From Perkinsus chesapeaki ATCC PRA-425 (Eukaryota > Protista > Perkinsozoa), in the NCBI GenBank assembly GCA_013115145.1, contig JAAPAO010000214.1, forward strand, positions 1 through 52,084: DNA of 52,084 nt. The letters are read 5' to 3'. Below are positions 11,438 through 24,302 of this stretch, in pieces. The stretch's first letter is position 1. Every line of letters begins with the position of its first letter. The notes beneath the pieces are model-generated. The model had not been told where the DNA came from, did not search any database, and worked only from the letters and a program-made list of their open reading frames with translations. The position numbers and the translations under genes are program-made.

Positions 11438-14400
11438 TTATCTCACCTTAAATGTATCTCTAAAAGATGTCGTCCTCCTCAATGCTTTTCTAACCATTTC
11501 AGTATCCTCCTCCAAACCATCGTCACCATCTCGACGGCGGAGCGATGCAAAAGATGCACATTTTTTAACAACATCTTTACGCGCTTTCTTCTCCTTATTA
11601 TCTGAATAAAGGCAACAATGGCTCAAACAATAATCCAATAATACGATAAACAACAATCTGAACAGGCGTCACAGCAAACAAAACTTGAATCGCAACAACA
11701 CCCGAGGATTCTTCCGTGTCAAGAATTTTCTCCAAAAAATCGAGTTTTTACAACTTTTTTAAGGACCTCTAAAAGGAGTGTGGAACGAGAAATTTCTCGC
11801 GGAATGACTTCTCGACAAGGGTCACTCAATTCCCCAAGTCGAATACATTATTGCCACTTTTCCGTTCAATTCACTTCGCAAGTACAAAGAGCTGGTGCAA
11901 CATTAGTCTAAAGCGTAGCAGCGATGTTTCGGAATCGATCGTGTGATCGATTTGCTATAGCTTACCTTTCAGTATGTGATATTTCCAATACCGGCATATT
12001 TGACCGTCTTCAGCAGGTGGACCTCTAGCTGGCGGTAAAGTGAGATGATCAACTCGTGAGCCCGTCATGTGATGATGCAATCGTAATCGAACCATTTCAT
12101 TCTGAAAACAAAACCAACTTGGGAACACCTTCAATGGTGCTTCGTTGAGCCCTAAATTTCATTCACCCAACTCTTTTCCTTTCTTCCCCAAAACTGGAAC
12201 CCTTGCGGAAATCAGTGTTGATTATCAATGAAAATTAACACTCATTTTCTGGATTTCGATGATTCAGAATATTCCTCCGAGAACGAAACGCCTCAAACAA
12301 CCTAAATTTAGATCTTGATCCGAATAGAAGCATGAGCAGAATTAGAACGATTTACTCTCCAACAATGTTAAGAGAAAACCTAAAATTTACAGCCTCAGCC
12401 GCGCACCCTCAAATCGATTGGATGTTACGAAACGGCCATCTCACAAATCCGAAATATTGAGGTAATCGTTCCACGTATCGTGTTGACGTTTTAAAACTTG
12501 AGCCTAACTTTTTGAAGAGATACGTATGCAAATGCATTCCTCGCAGCAAAGCTAAAAACCATATGAAGCGATTACCTCTCCGAAAACAATCTTAATAGAA
12601 AACCACATTTCCCTGTTTAATTCCCTGCTCGACTCACCCCTCTTATTTCTAATAATTTCCCTTCAGTTAGAATTGGCAAATCACTGTTAACCTGCGCCGC
12701 ACCAACCAGCCTTCCCCGAGTATCTTCCGACATCCCACAAATGGTAGGGAGCACTTCCGTGACGCGACGTCTCAGCCCCTGAAGAACTAACAGTATTCCA
12801 GACCAAAGCCGCCGCACCATCGCTCAACAGTTTATTGGAGCTTCACCTGGACAAGGTTCACTTATGTGCATTAGGAAGTCTCACGCCACTGCTTCTCACA
12901 ACACGGTTTAAAGTCGCACATGGCAATTCGGAAGCATTCGGCCACCGCTTGCATTATTATTTATTACGAAAATGATATATTGTCAGTCCCATTCAGCGTT
13001 ATTTGCGACCAAAGTAATCATGGATAATTCTACTAGAGGAATGAGAGAAATTCCCGCAATGATAATTTTTCCTGGAAAATTTCAGAAAAATTCGTCAAAG
13101 TACGGAAATTATTTTACCGATCTTACTTCTGGAAAAGTGAAGTGATGTGTTGCAATTTTCCTCAAATATCTCATCATGATCGGGTGATTGCCGTCCACAT
13201 ATCTTAGCTCGACCAGTGCACTGAAACCAGAATCTCGCGCAATTATTCTACAGAGAACAACGGTGTTGGTGAATCTTATAGGGGGGAGACCAGGACCCCA
13301 TATCATCGAAAATCCGAATTAAGTTATATTTGATGATCAATTTATTTCTCAAATTCATCGAGCTTCGTCCTAAACGTGGGATACAAAGAGATATTATAAA
13401 TTAAAAAATATTACTAATACTTTCTTTAAGAAAGAAAATGGTTTTATTCTGTATAAGGAATAATTATATTTTAACAATATTATTAATATGATATCGAATA
13501 AAACCATTTACAATGCTCTGCAAATTACAGTATAATAATCGGTACAATAAAACCGATATAATAGACCCTAAACCACTTTAGTTTTTTTGTCTTTTTTTCT
13601 ACAGATTATTGCTCATTTCAGATACCACTAACATTTTGCAGCTCAGGAGAATTCCCGACTCTAAGGTGTTGAGATCAGTCTCTAAAGCACTTAACTTACA
13701 CCAGTATTATTGCCGCCCTCTGTGCCATCCTTTCGTGCTTCTTCCTAGTTGTAAAACTAACCGCTCTTCCCCACATCATCAGCCCTCTCAGCAACTTCAC
13801 TGCCTCTGACGCATTCGATGATTTATCGGCACACAATGCGTCCAGATCAGAGGACCCGGTGCTCGATGAAGTGGCAACTCTCGCATTCTCCAATGGCCTG
13901 TAAACGAAGTATGCAGGAGAGGCTCATCCAACCTCAAGATACTTCTTTAACCCGAATGTCAAGTTCGTGATGAAATGTACAGACAATTGGTATCTTTAAT
14001 TGTGTGCGCTGTCTCCCTTCTCACCAAAGTGCAACCACCACTAATGTTCTTATAGGAAGTACTTTACTATTACAATAACCACCCCAAATCGGCTGTGTTG
14101 TTCAATCTCCCTAAGTTGCCAGTGCAAAGGTATAGTAACTATTTTGATATGAAATATGTTACTAGTAAACTTCATTCCAATTCGACCCATCCTACTCTGT
14201 TCCTCAAAATGTACAACGAATCTCCGACTTCCAGGGTCAAATTTCGCTGCCACTTTCGAAGCCATAATAATGCCGCATAAATTCTAAGCAGTGCGGAATG
14301 CTACCCAGTTGAAAGCCGCTGAACCCTAAAAATGCCTTGACATAAAAATGCCTTGAAACAAATCAGATGAATTTAATCGATCGGCTGTAGCCACGTCGGC

Positions 14401-16000
14401 TAATTCCCACTTTATAAGTTCATGAAACACTCCGTCACTGCGCCACGAAATTCCTACCTTGTCGTAGCAGTTGTGGTCGTCTGATTCTCCTCATAATGGT
14501 AAACTGGCCGGACAAGCGTATCAGGTAAAGGCAAGCCAAACCGTCTAACTTCAGATAACGCACTATAAAGACTTTTAGATACCTCCAAGGTGGTGACCTG
14601 AAATCTTGCTAATCTTGACCAATCTTGCATTTCCTCAACGCTACCGTGTATGTGATAAAAATATCGTCCAACATTTGTCTCACTTCGTGCGTCGATGCCA
14701 CCGGAAGAATGCCAACAGGCTCCACTGGACTAAAACACCAGTAAAGGTGAAAATTGAAAAATCGGAAAAATCCGGATTTTTCCAGGAAAAATCCGAAAAA
14801 TCTGGAAATTTCCGGAAATTCGTAGTAACGAAATTCTTCTCACCTTGCCATGATAGCTTTACTGGGATCAGCACTCGCCACATAGCTCAGCAAAGCACCG
14901 AAGCCGGATCCAAGGCTCGTCTGCAACTGGGCAATGAAGTCATTGATAAGCAAATCAAGGGATAATGCAGCCTGTTCTTTGGATACCTGAACAAACAAGT
15001 CATTAAATTACAATAACGAATAGAGTCTTTAACCAATTCCATTGTTTTCCTCTTTTCCGCCCCGAAGCCAGCAGTGAGACAGAGGGCTCGAAGAGAAGAA
15101 GGCCACCGAACTCGCGAGAGTGTTCTCTATAATTGTCGATCCCCCAGACATGGCAGTCCTACCTTATTTTCCAGGACGGAATCTCCGCCAACATCAACCG
15201 TTTCTCTCATCATAACAGTTAAGAGACCATCAAAGAATCTTCTAAGGCTACATAAACCATAGTCAATCTCACACATGGCTGAATGCAGCTTTAGTAACCA
15301 TTGCAGCTTTAGCCGCATCAACACCTGATCAGCGGAAAAGCTGGTATCAATTCAGCAAAACAAAGCTCAAGGTCGATTCCTGTTTGCAATAGGGAATTTC
15401 TGACCGAGATACATCAGCCGTAATTAAGGGAGAGCGAGACTGTTTAGTGACCCGCTAAACCGTATTATCCCGTGAACCGGGCTCCTGTGCGAAGGCTGAA
15501 CTCCCGAAGAACATCCGTCCCATTTTTCGGCACAAATCTGCGCTTACTACTTCTATAAACGCCACCCACCCACATGACCCAAATTGGCTATAAAAATGCT
15601 CAATCGTTCGGGGGGTTGCAACTATGTCTTTTATGAACAAAAATGACGCCAGAAGACTGAGCACCTCAGAAATACGAAAATGTGCGAGAATCAATGATAA
15701 TTGGAAAACAAAACATGATCAACAACAACTATTTCAACTCCAACGAAATATATTATTACAATTTACCAATGTCACGCTTCAACCTAAGATTCCCCAATCC
15801 CCACTTACGAAAGGTAGCGCCTCCGTATACTCCATTTCAATCTCGTCATTCATCCAACAGTCCTCAAATCTCGGACAAAGCATCACAATAAATCTCGGTA
15901 TTCCAGTATATGAAATCGTTCGTGCGTCTGCGTACGATACCGACTTGTCCCTTATTATCGGCGGAAATGAGGGTGACCCTCCATAATCACCAATAGTCTG
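11438..16000 (-). CDS. One or more multi-exon genes, poorly resolved; glycosyltransferase (GT32-like) hints and possible discoidin/F5-8-like segments
   Basis: Exon-like segments include YTGIPRFIVMLCP, FAELIPAFSADQVLMRLKL, IWGPGLPPIRF, WDVGRYSGKAGWCGA and NEMVRLRLHH, bounded by GT/AG. Motif similarity is weak and boundaries are approximate. Confidence 0.35.
14752..14822. repeat. Intronic cluster of A/T-tract-CCGG palindromes
   Basis: Perfect 20-bp palindrome GGAAAAATCCGGATTTTTCC followed by related units. Confidence 0.7.
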
Positions 16001-16638
16001 GAATAGCAGCCATAATCATGTAAATACTGCATTTGCCAGACCCATATAAAGAGTAGTTCATCCGCGTCACAATAGCGGCGTCACGCCATTCGCGCGGCTC
16101 CAATCACGTCAACCAAGATCACTACATACTATTTCTTGGTGGGGATACTTCCCTCAGAAGATTAGCTACACATCACGCTTCACTTTCTCAACATTTTCCT
16201 TAATTTTTATTCGAGCAATTCAACCTAATTACCAATTTTCTAAAATCTCTATTTTTGATAGGTCAACTGCTCGCCACTGCTACTTGCCACGTACACTGTC
16301 CCCATTATTACTTCATTCCATTTGCTCGACTTCGCATTCGTAATCTTCTTCCTCACTCTCAGTGTCACTCTATGAGGTAACTTCACACGATACAGAGTAG
16401 TGGTAGTGTGACCCCATGACCAAACATTGGTTATATTAGTAACCAACTGGGACAGTTCACCGTATCTAACAAAATCGATCACATGATCGATTATCATACC
16501 GACAATAATCACTCTACAAACATGCGACGAAAACCAGCAACAAAAGCGTATCCCTTCAGTATGTCTCGCGCAAGCAGTACAAGTTCTGAAAATTTTTCTC
16601 GTTTTTAACGTTGTTAGGGGTCAGTGAATCTGGCACTA

Positions 16639-17239
16639 CAGTCCTCCAAATTAACTCAGAATATCACGTTTTTGTGACCATTCTCTGCCAGATTTGCGAC
16701 TCTATGCCCAAAACTCAGAAAGCCTCGTTCTAACATGGCCTTCAATATACCACCGAAGTTTCAGCGCCTAACACTCACTGGTTATTGAGAACTGAGAAAT
16801 CGGCACGGAAAAGAAAAGATCGCTACAATTGGTGCATATTGTACCGTGTGCATCGCGAAATGAGCAATGTCAGGCTTCGCTCTGCGATTTCTCCTCAACT
16901 ACTTCCGACTGCTCAATGAGACTTTAAGGGGTGAGTACTGTATATGATAGGTTTCAAGTACTACGAGAGTTATAATCGAACTCTTCTATCTCGAGGTACT
17001 TCCCTAAGAAAAATCGTGATTTTTGGGCCAAAATTAAGGTGTGTATTCTAAGTTAATTTGGCAACTTTTCCGTGCCGATTTCTCAGTTCTCAATAACCAG
17101 TGAGTGTTAGGCGCTGAAACTTCAGCGGTATATTGAAGGCCATGTTAGAACGAGGCTCTCTGAGTTTTGGGCACACAGTCGCAAATCTGGCAGAGAATGG
17201 TCACAAAAACGTGATATTCTGAGTTAGTTTGGAGGACTG
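16639..17239. mobile_element. 601-bp non-autonomous TIR element (MITE), Tc1/mariner-type, with about 175-bp terminal inverted repeats and a TA target-site duplication
   Basis: 16637-16813 is the reverse complement of 17065-17241 with about 6 mismatches. Ends are TA|CAGTCC...GGACTG|TA, the spacer is 251 bp and there is no transposase ORF. Confidence 0.9.
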
Positions 17240-17999
17240 TATTATGATCGCATTGACATATCTGTCGGGTCTAGTACCAGTGACATGGGGAGCGAGAATC
17301 GATGGACAGCTGCCGACTCTGACGGTCTAGTAGACAACACCAACAGGAGCACTTTACTTAGGCACGACTGAGCTCCATGATGATTGAGTGAGAGGAAGTG
17401 AATAATATATTATTATAATGTAAATGTTATGATATTAAACGATATATTATAGATAGGAATAATGGTTTGATAATAACAGTAAATTATTGATTTGATTTAT
17501 CCACTAAAGTGTAATGATATAAATAATGATTTAATCCATACAAAAGGAAAACAACAGTAGAATAATAACAAGCAATAACATCTCTACAACAGCATATAAT
17601 ATTCTCATTTTTATGCAGCTGCCTGTCCCCTTCGATAAGGCTGCTGATTATCGCCAGTATAATGTTTGTTATCTCTGCGGGTTCAGTTATGCGTAATATC
17701 CTTCTAAGCCCTGGTCTGAGGATACATGCTACCATGAGTGACAGACGGGACGGCCCCAAGCTCGCTGATAATCTCTTCTATATTTTTCTAGACTATCTTA
17801 TACAATCATCTTCATACTGATATGCGAATTCAGTTGAACTCTCAACATTCCAAAGCCATACCATAAAGCTCGAATACCGCGAAATTCGAGACCCGCCTCC
17901 TGTCCAATCCTTGTTTCCTCCTTCTTTAACTATGAGCCATGATCGCCAATAATGTAATAAGGACCACCACTAACTAGTCCCTAACAGTTGCCCTTTATT

Positions 18000-19612
18000 A
18001 CAGGTCATTAACATTTTGTATCGGCGGTGATGCCATCTTTTGCAGGAACCCTGGCGAGTCGAACTTAGCTGATCCTTCCGGCATAATAGGAACAAAGGGA
18101 AAATAATTCACTGATATACAACATGCAGTAAAATATACAAGGGCCCAGGAACAGCGGACATTGGAAAAAAACAGTTACGATTAGGTTCGGTTGCAGGTAC
18201 TGCGTGCCTCGGTGCTCCGCCCTTCCCCAGCATCGACGCCTCGGCAGGCCATCACCGCTGGGCTATAGAAGCAAGTTGAGTCATATCAAACAGACTATTA
18301 TGAAACTTGATAATAAATATCCATATAAACATTTTTCCGAATGAGATGTGAATGCTCCGAGCCCTATTTGATATAGAATGTTTCAAGCAATAATACCGAT
18401 GGGTCAGCCTGACCCGTCAAGGACTACCAAAGACGTGCATGGATGCGTTCGAAGGTGGCGCAGGTGGTACGGGAGTGGCCCCATGGAAAACCACACCAGA
18501 AAAGGTCCCTAATGGCGAAATTCGACTACGGGCACCTTCCTAGGGCAAAATTTTTCCCCAATCGCATTCCTTCTGGAAACAATTCTGTTTTCCTTCCTTG
18601 ACTAAACAAAGCCCAGTAACCGAACGCAATACGACAAGTATTATGATAATCATGGACGCAAGCTCCGTGACATAGGGGGACAGGAATGAGGACGTAAGCG
18701 ATCAAAATCAGTACTACAAGGTATCTAAATCGATCAAATGGTCATTAACTCAACCTCAAGATACCCCCCCATATTACCCGCCCTTCAGCACTGCGGAATG
18801 ATGTCCCCTTTACACTGAGATGGTTTACTGGATATGAAGTCGCTGGTCGAAGTGGTGCTAGAATTTTCCACAAGTGCCTAACATGTACAAAATGGCCGAT
18901 CTTGATCGGCGAATTTTCCTCTAGAAAGCTCATGAAGATGCCATAGAGTTCTCCACAAGAACTTCCTATATTCCAGCCAGACTGCCTTTATTACCTGGAT
19001 CGCCGCCAATACAAATGCCTGTGGTCAGGTATCTTCCTTGGCATTATTGCCTTCCAGGACTTGAAGTTATTAAATCTATCCAACCTCGGATCCAAATGCC
19101 TGTATTGATGCCCATCGACTGTAGATGGTCGATTATCATGTCGCATTGATATACCTTCTATTGACAACCTAATAAAAAATATCCTCTTTTTGGAAAAAAC
19201 AATGGGGAGAAATTCCAGTATTCTCTTCGATGTTGAAGACGTTCTTGGTTCGATTTTAATAGCTAGCTTATAGAAAGATTCTGCAGAGGTCGATAGATGT
19301 GCCTCACCTGTTAGGTAGATTATCTCGATTCCTTCCGATATAGGCTGTCATTTCAAAATAACCATCATACTTCAAGGAAAATAAACAAGCACAATGCGCA
19401 GACGGAAATACAATTTTGTGGCGCGCGAGAGATATTCTCCGCCAAGGTTCGATCCCGGCAAGCTGTATTTTTCCATTAATTATTTCGCTGCGGTCGCACA
19501 AGCGCCGCGATCGTTCCCTACTTACCATCTCTACTGTGGAGGAAGGGCTATGGGCATCAATGCGGACAACAACACGGTTGCCCGTCGGTTTGCCTGGTCG
19601 GTCTAATGTCAT
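18000..19612 (-). CDS. Probable multi-exon gene of unknown function
   Basis: Several GC-rich open segments bounded by GT/AG (RVVVRIDAHSPSSTVEM|, YLTTGICIGGDP|, DLFWCGFPWGHSRTT). No family recognised and boundaries are approximate. Confidence 0.3.
19412..19472 (+). other. Compact tRNA-derived element: A-box-like GTGGCGCGCGAG, B-box GGTTCGATCC and TTTTT
   Basis: AATTTTGTGGCGCGCGAGAGATATTCTCCGCCAAGGTTCGATCCCGGCAAGCTGTATTTTT, antisense inside a probable intron. Confidence 0.55.
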
Positions 19613-20324
19613 TTATAACTACCCAAGGCAGCTTATTTATTTGGCAATTTCCCAAACTCACAGTTGAGCAATTTACTATTGCTTTTGTAAGGGATCCTTT
19701 TGCTGAAATGGATTTTTTGCCACCTAGGCTCTACGATTCCGGCATTCCAGTTAACATATATAACGGGCTGGCATAATTTTGGAAAAATAATAAGTCAATT
19801 TTCAAGCTTGATTTCGCCCAGGTCGAATGAGCAAGTCGAACAGGTGGTGTTGATGAAATCGGCTTCAGTGTTAGGATATAACGGTGAAGACGTTGGTGAA
19901 AGAAAAATTGACGAAGTTATGTCCATCTGGACCCAAAAGGCTGTATTTTATATGACTATTAAGCAAGGGAGAGTATTAGATATTTCAGTACTACTGCTTT
20001 TGTAGGGGAGATGGTTGCTGTTCTCACAGCTAGTTGTTAATCTAACTACATCTCGGAGAAACCGGTTCTGCCTCTTCGATTGTTAGTTCTACTTTCGGCG
20101 CCTTAAAACTTAACAGCTTATCTGTTGAGGCCCTAGACGAGTTGACTCTACTTACTGGCTCCGCCAATCGCGATGGAAATGCTCGCCTGTTGGTAAAGGA
20201 AAATTGGATTTCATATGGCTTTTGTGAGGGGAGTTAGAGGTCAACTGGGGAAGGTGGCGGATAGATATTTTGAAGGCAATCGCTGGTTCTGGCAGTATTT
20301 CCTATTCCTTGTTGTCTTCACTCG

Positions 20325-23300
20325 ATGACTAGTTCTCTATCACAGCTGCCCGGCAAGGACCAGAGTCTCTTCAGACAAGTAATATAAAAGGAGGGGAAGG
20401 CAGTTTACGGTTTTTCTATCAGATGGTACGGTACTATGAGACCAAGCAATACAAGAAAGGCATCAAATGCGCCGATCAAATCTTGAAGAAAAACCCAAAG
20501 CACGGAGAGACGGTGTGCATGAAGGCATTGATAATGTCTTACGTTAATCCAGAGGATAAGAAGGAGGCATATGAGTTGGTTAAGCAAGGACTCTTCTACG
20601 ATCTTAAGAGTCACGTCAGTTGGCATGTGTAATAATACCATATTTCCGTCTGATCGTGGTCTAAAAAGGCCTCTCCAGGTACGGTTTGATGCACAGAGCC
20701 GATAGGAACTACCAGGAGGCCGCCAAGTGCTACAAGAATGCCCTTAGAATCGATCCGGAGAACCAGCAAATCTTGAGGGATCTTTCAATGCTTCAAGTGA
20801 GCTTCGCTCCGCCCTATTTTGAATGCACGTTTACCATTTTTAGCTTCACCAGCGCGATTTGGAAGGATATACGGAGTCACGCCGGAAGCTGCTGTCGTTG
20901 AGATCGTCTCAAAGGATCAATTGGATGGCTTATGCAGTGGGAGAGCATATGTTGGGCAATTACGATGTTGCTAAAACGCTGTTAGACTCTTATAAGAAAG
21001 TAATAAGGCATGTGAGATGGTGCAGTGGTAGAGCTACCGTTTGTGGAGGGGAAGGTTGTGGGTTCGATACATAGGGAAGGCGTTTCTATTAGTCGGTTTT
21101 TTTATTAGAACTTTGCAGCGGAAGTCTCCGAGGATGCAGACTCGAAATACGAGCAGTCAGAGCTCTACCTCTACCAGGTGAAGATTCTCCCGAGGTCGAT
21201 TAGCTGACCTTCCCTTCAGGCTGTCCTTTTGGAACAAGGCGGGGAATTGCAGGAGTCACTGGATATCTTAGAGGATCATAAAAAGTAGAAATAATTTCCG
21301 CGGTTAAGTCGGGAAATTATTTTCAAGGGAAATTGTGGACGGCACGACGAGACTGGAAAGCATCGCGCGGCTCTCAATGGGTTTGGGAAAGCTTGATAAG
21401 GCAGCGGCAGCGCTTAAGGAACTCATAGTGGACTACAACGCAGAACAGGAAAGCTACGTGCTTGCGTGGCTTAGCTGTGTGGAAGACGGAAAGTAGTATA
21501 GGAAGGATGGTCTAACGGTATAATTCAAAGTTTTCATGCGAGAGGTCGTAGGGTCATTTCCAGGATGGTGCATTCTCAGGTTTTCTAACTTTTGGCCGCA
21601 AATGACTTCGAAGGAATGCTGCTGGCCGGTGAATTCTGGCCTTCTTCCTAAAGGAGGCGCGAGGGTAGTGGGGAGGGCACGGGTTCGATTCTCGATAGAT
21701 GCATTTTATTGGCACTATTAGTGGGACCTGTTAGGTTCGTGGATGGTTGCCAAAACCAGAAGATAGGAAGATTGCCGCGCCAGTCGAGGTGGAGTTCGCT
21801 CCTGAGCTTAATGCTGGGAAAAAGAGTAATCCTTGGAGCTGATTTGTATCTTGCACGCTCCAACCTTGGATACGTTTTAGCTCTTCTCGTAAAGGGCGGG
21901 TGCAAAGCTCTGTATCGACCGGCCCGAGAGCTCACCGTTGAGGAAGAGCAAGAAGTCATGAAAGCTTTCGAAGGTCTCAATGCTGACGTAAAAAAGGAGA
22001 CCGGTAATTAAGTCAGGCGGAGCGAAGCGATTTTTATTTCCAATTTTCAGGATTTTACTCGGGAACAATCACCAAATGCATCTTGCTGTTCTTGACTGGC
22101 GAACGTTTCGAATCGAAACTGAAGGAATATGTTACTAAGCAGCTCTGTAAAGGTGTACCGTCAACTCAAAAGTAATAGGGAATCTTTCTCCGCTATGAAG
22201 TGCACGCTTCAACCTCTCTCAGATTGCTCCGAGTGTTCTACAAGCAAAGTGCTAGCAAGCAGCTAAGTGTTGATCGTATCGTTAAGGAGTGTGAGGCTGA
22301 AGGAGAGGAACTTATCGCTCTCGCTGATGCACGCTCGAAGGCCACAGACGCGGCGGATGTGCCCAAGCCACGCGAAGGGTTGGCCAACCTCCCGCCAACC
22401 TACGCGTGCTTTGCCTTGCTCTTGGCAGCAAACCACCTGGATCATATAGGCAGCTACTCGGAAGCTGTAATGAAAGGAATTTCGTGGCGCAGTGACGAAG
22501 ATTGGTGTTGTTCGTTTAGATGGAGAAGATACAACGTGGATTGGAAGTTAGTCCTACTTGCATTGACCTTTACGTGTCGGCCTCGAAAATGTAGTATTCG
22601 ATGGTATCTTTGCGCACTATAAAGAATATCTTTTCAGCTTAAAACATGAGGAGCGCTTTGATGAAGCTGCCGAGTATATGGACAAGGCTCGACGGATGGA
22701 CTTGGCAGACAGGCAGCTTAACACACTCAGTGTGAAGGCGCAGCTGAGGAAGGGTGATATTGACACAGTAAGATAATATTAGGATTTCATACCGTATTTC
22801 TCACTGATCGCGACGGTTTTTATTAGGCGAACTCCCAAATTATGTTATTTGCTAAGGAGAATGACACGATGACCACGTCGAACCTTTACGATATGCAGTG
22901 TATGTGGTGGGAGATCAGAACTGGCATGGTAGGCGGCGGCGGCAGCGGAGCGAAGTGATTTTTGTTTACACATTTCGGCTTAGTTGTACGAAGCTCGAGA
23001 AGACTATAGCATGGCCCTAAAGCGCTTTAATGATGTTTTGAAGCAGTTTGAGGACATCCGCGATGATCAGTTCGATTTCGCGACCTACTGCATGAGGAAG
23101 ATGACTTTGAGAACGTAAGGTTCCGGGAAGGATCGTCGGCGCCGTCATTTTACGCTTTTTCTATCAGATTCGTCGAGTTCTTAAAGACAGAGGACAACTT
23201 GGAGCAACATATCTACTATAGGGAGGCGAGCGCTGGTGTGATACGATGTTACATGAAGTTGATGGATAAAAGGGAGAAGGAGGCAGCCGAGGCGGCCAAG

Positions 23301-23997
23301 GCGAAAACTGAGAGCGAACAGAATAAGGAAAACGATTCCAAGGTGGGGAAGTCTCAGGGCTTGTAATGCGTGATTTGGTCATCGTTAGTTGTCTTCGGCG
23401 GAGCGAAAGCGTCTGAAGCATCAAAAGAAGAGAAAGCAGCATGACCAGCAGCAACAAACCACTACACAGGACAACTCGAAAAAGCCCGAAGGTAAGGAAG
23501 TTAGCTGGTTACGTGGGTTCGATTCCCACATGGTGCATTTTAGGTGCCTTTGGTATGCGAGCAACTGGCCTGACGATGGAGGAGGAAAGAGCGAAGGGTG
23601 ACGAGCTCGAGGCAGTTGCAGATCCTCTTGATCGATGCGCGCATATTTGCGAAGTAAGACCGCTGTGGTTCTGATAATATATTATGCGTCGCTCCGCCTT
23701 TGTAGGTTTTATCAGAAAAGTGCGGCACTTGGCCCGAGACACAATCCTTATGTTTTGACGTTTCCCTTCGACGGAAGAAATTCTTACAGTCCTTAGCCTG
23801 CCTGGTGCGACTGAGGAAGCTCGGCGAGCCCGTAGCAGAGCAGGCCAAAAAGCTGGCTGAAACGGCGAAAGCTGGTGAGTTTTGGTTTTTGTTGGCATCT
23901 AGAGTCAATACTGTTGTTGTCAGACGGCACATTGGAAGGAGTGCCAGCCAAGGTGTTCAATGAAGAGCTGAAAACTCTACTTTCAGAGTCGTGTTGA
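20325..23997 (+). CDS. NAA15: N-terminal acetyltransferase A auxiliary subunit (TPR), multi-exon
   Basis: [33 protein letters not shown]|[70 protein letters not shown] and ADPLD. Confidence 0.95.
21000..21108 (+). other. NAA15 intron carrying a degenerate tRNA-like element with A and B boxes
   Basis: TGGTGCAGTGGTAGAGC (A-box/D-loop) and GGTTGTGGGTTCGATAC (B-box at 21061). Flanking exons YKK|NFAAEV join in phase 0. Confidence 0.7.
21629..21734 (+). other. NAA15 intron with a B-box/T-loop element
   Basis: CACGGGTTCGATTCTCGATAGATGCATTTT at 21678-21707. Confidence 0.55.
23492..23543 (+). other. 52-nt NAA15 intron built around a perfect tRNA T-arm, acceptor-like strand and T-tract
   Basis: GTAAGG...GTGGG TTCGATT CCCAC ATGGTGCA TTTT AG. 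Exons KPE|GAFGMRA join in frame. Confidence 0.75.
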
Positions 23998-24302
23998 AAT
24001 ACTCATACGATAAAGATGTGTTCCTTTAATGCTACTAATGACGATTGTGAGACTGTGGGCCGCTGCTGATGATGGTGCTGCTTGAATGATCTACAATCAG
24101 CAACAACTTGTTAAACTAGTAACACTGTCTTTATCAGCGGATGCTCACGTTTGGTTGTCAATCATGGTTAGATGGAAATGTCCCCCCACTTTACATACTA
24201 TAAGTGTCCTCGAGTGCTTCACTTCACTCTTCATCCGCACTGGGGTTTTGTGTTAATTGTGAAAGTCGTTATTATTACGAGATATTCCAAATGCTTACTC
24301 TT

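Noticed and set aside
18994-19034. TGICIGGDP resembling the succinyl-CoA ligase alpha motif
   Set aside because: Neighbouring exon-like segments show no other SCS-alpha motifs. A nine-residue match is insufficient.
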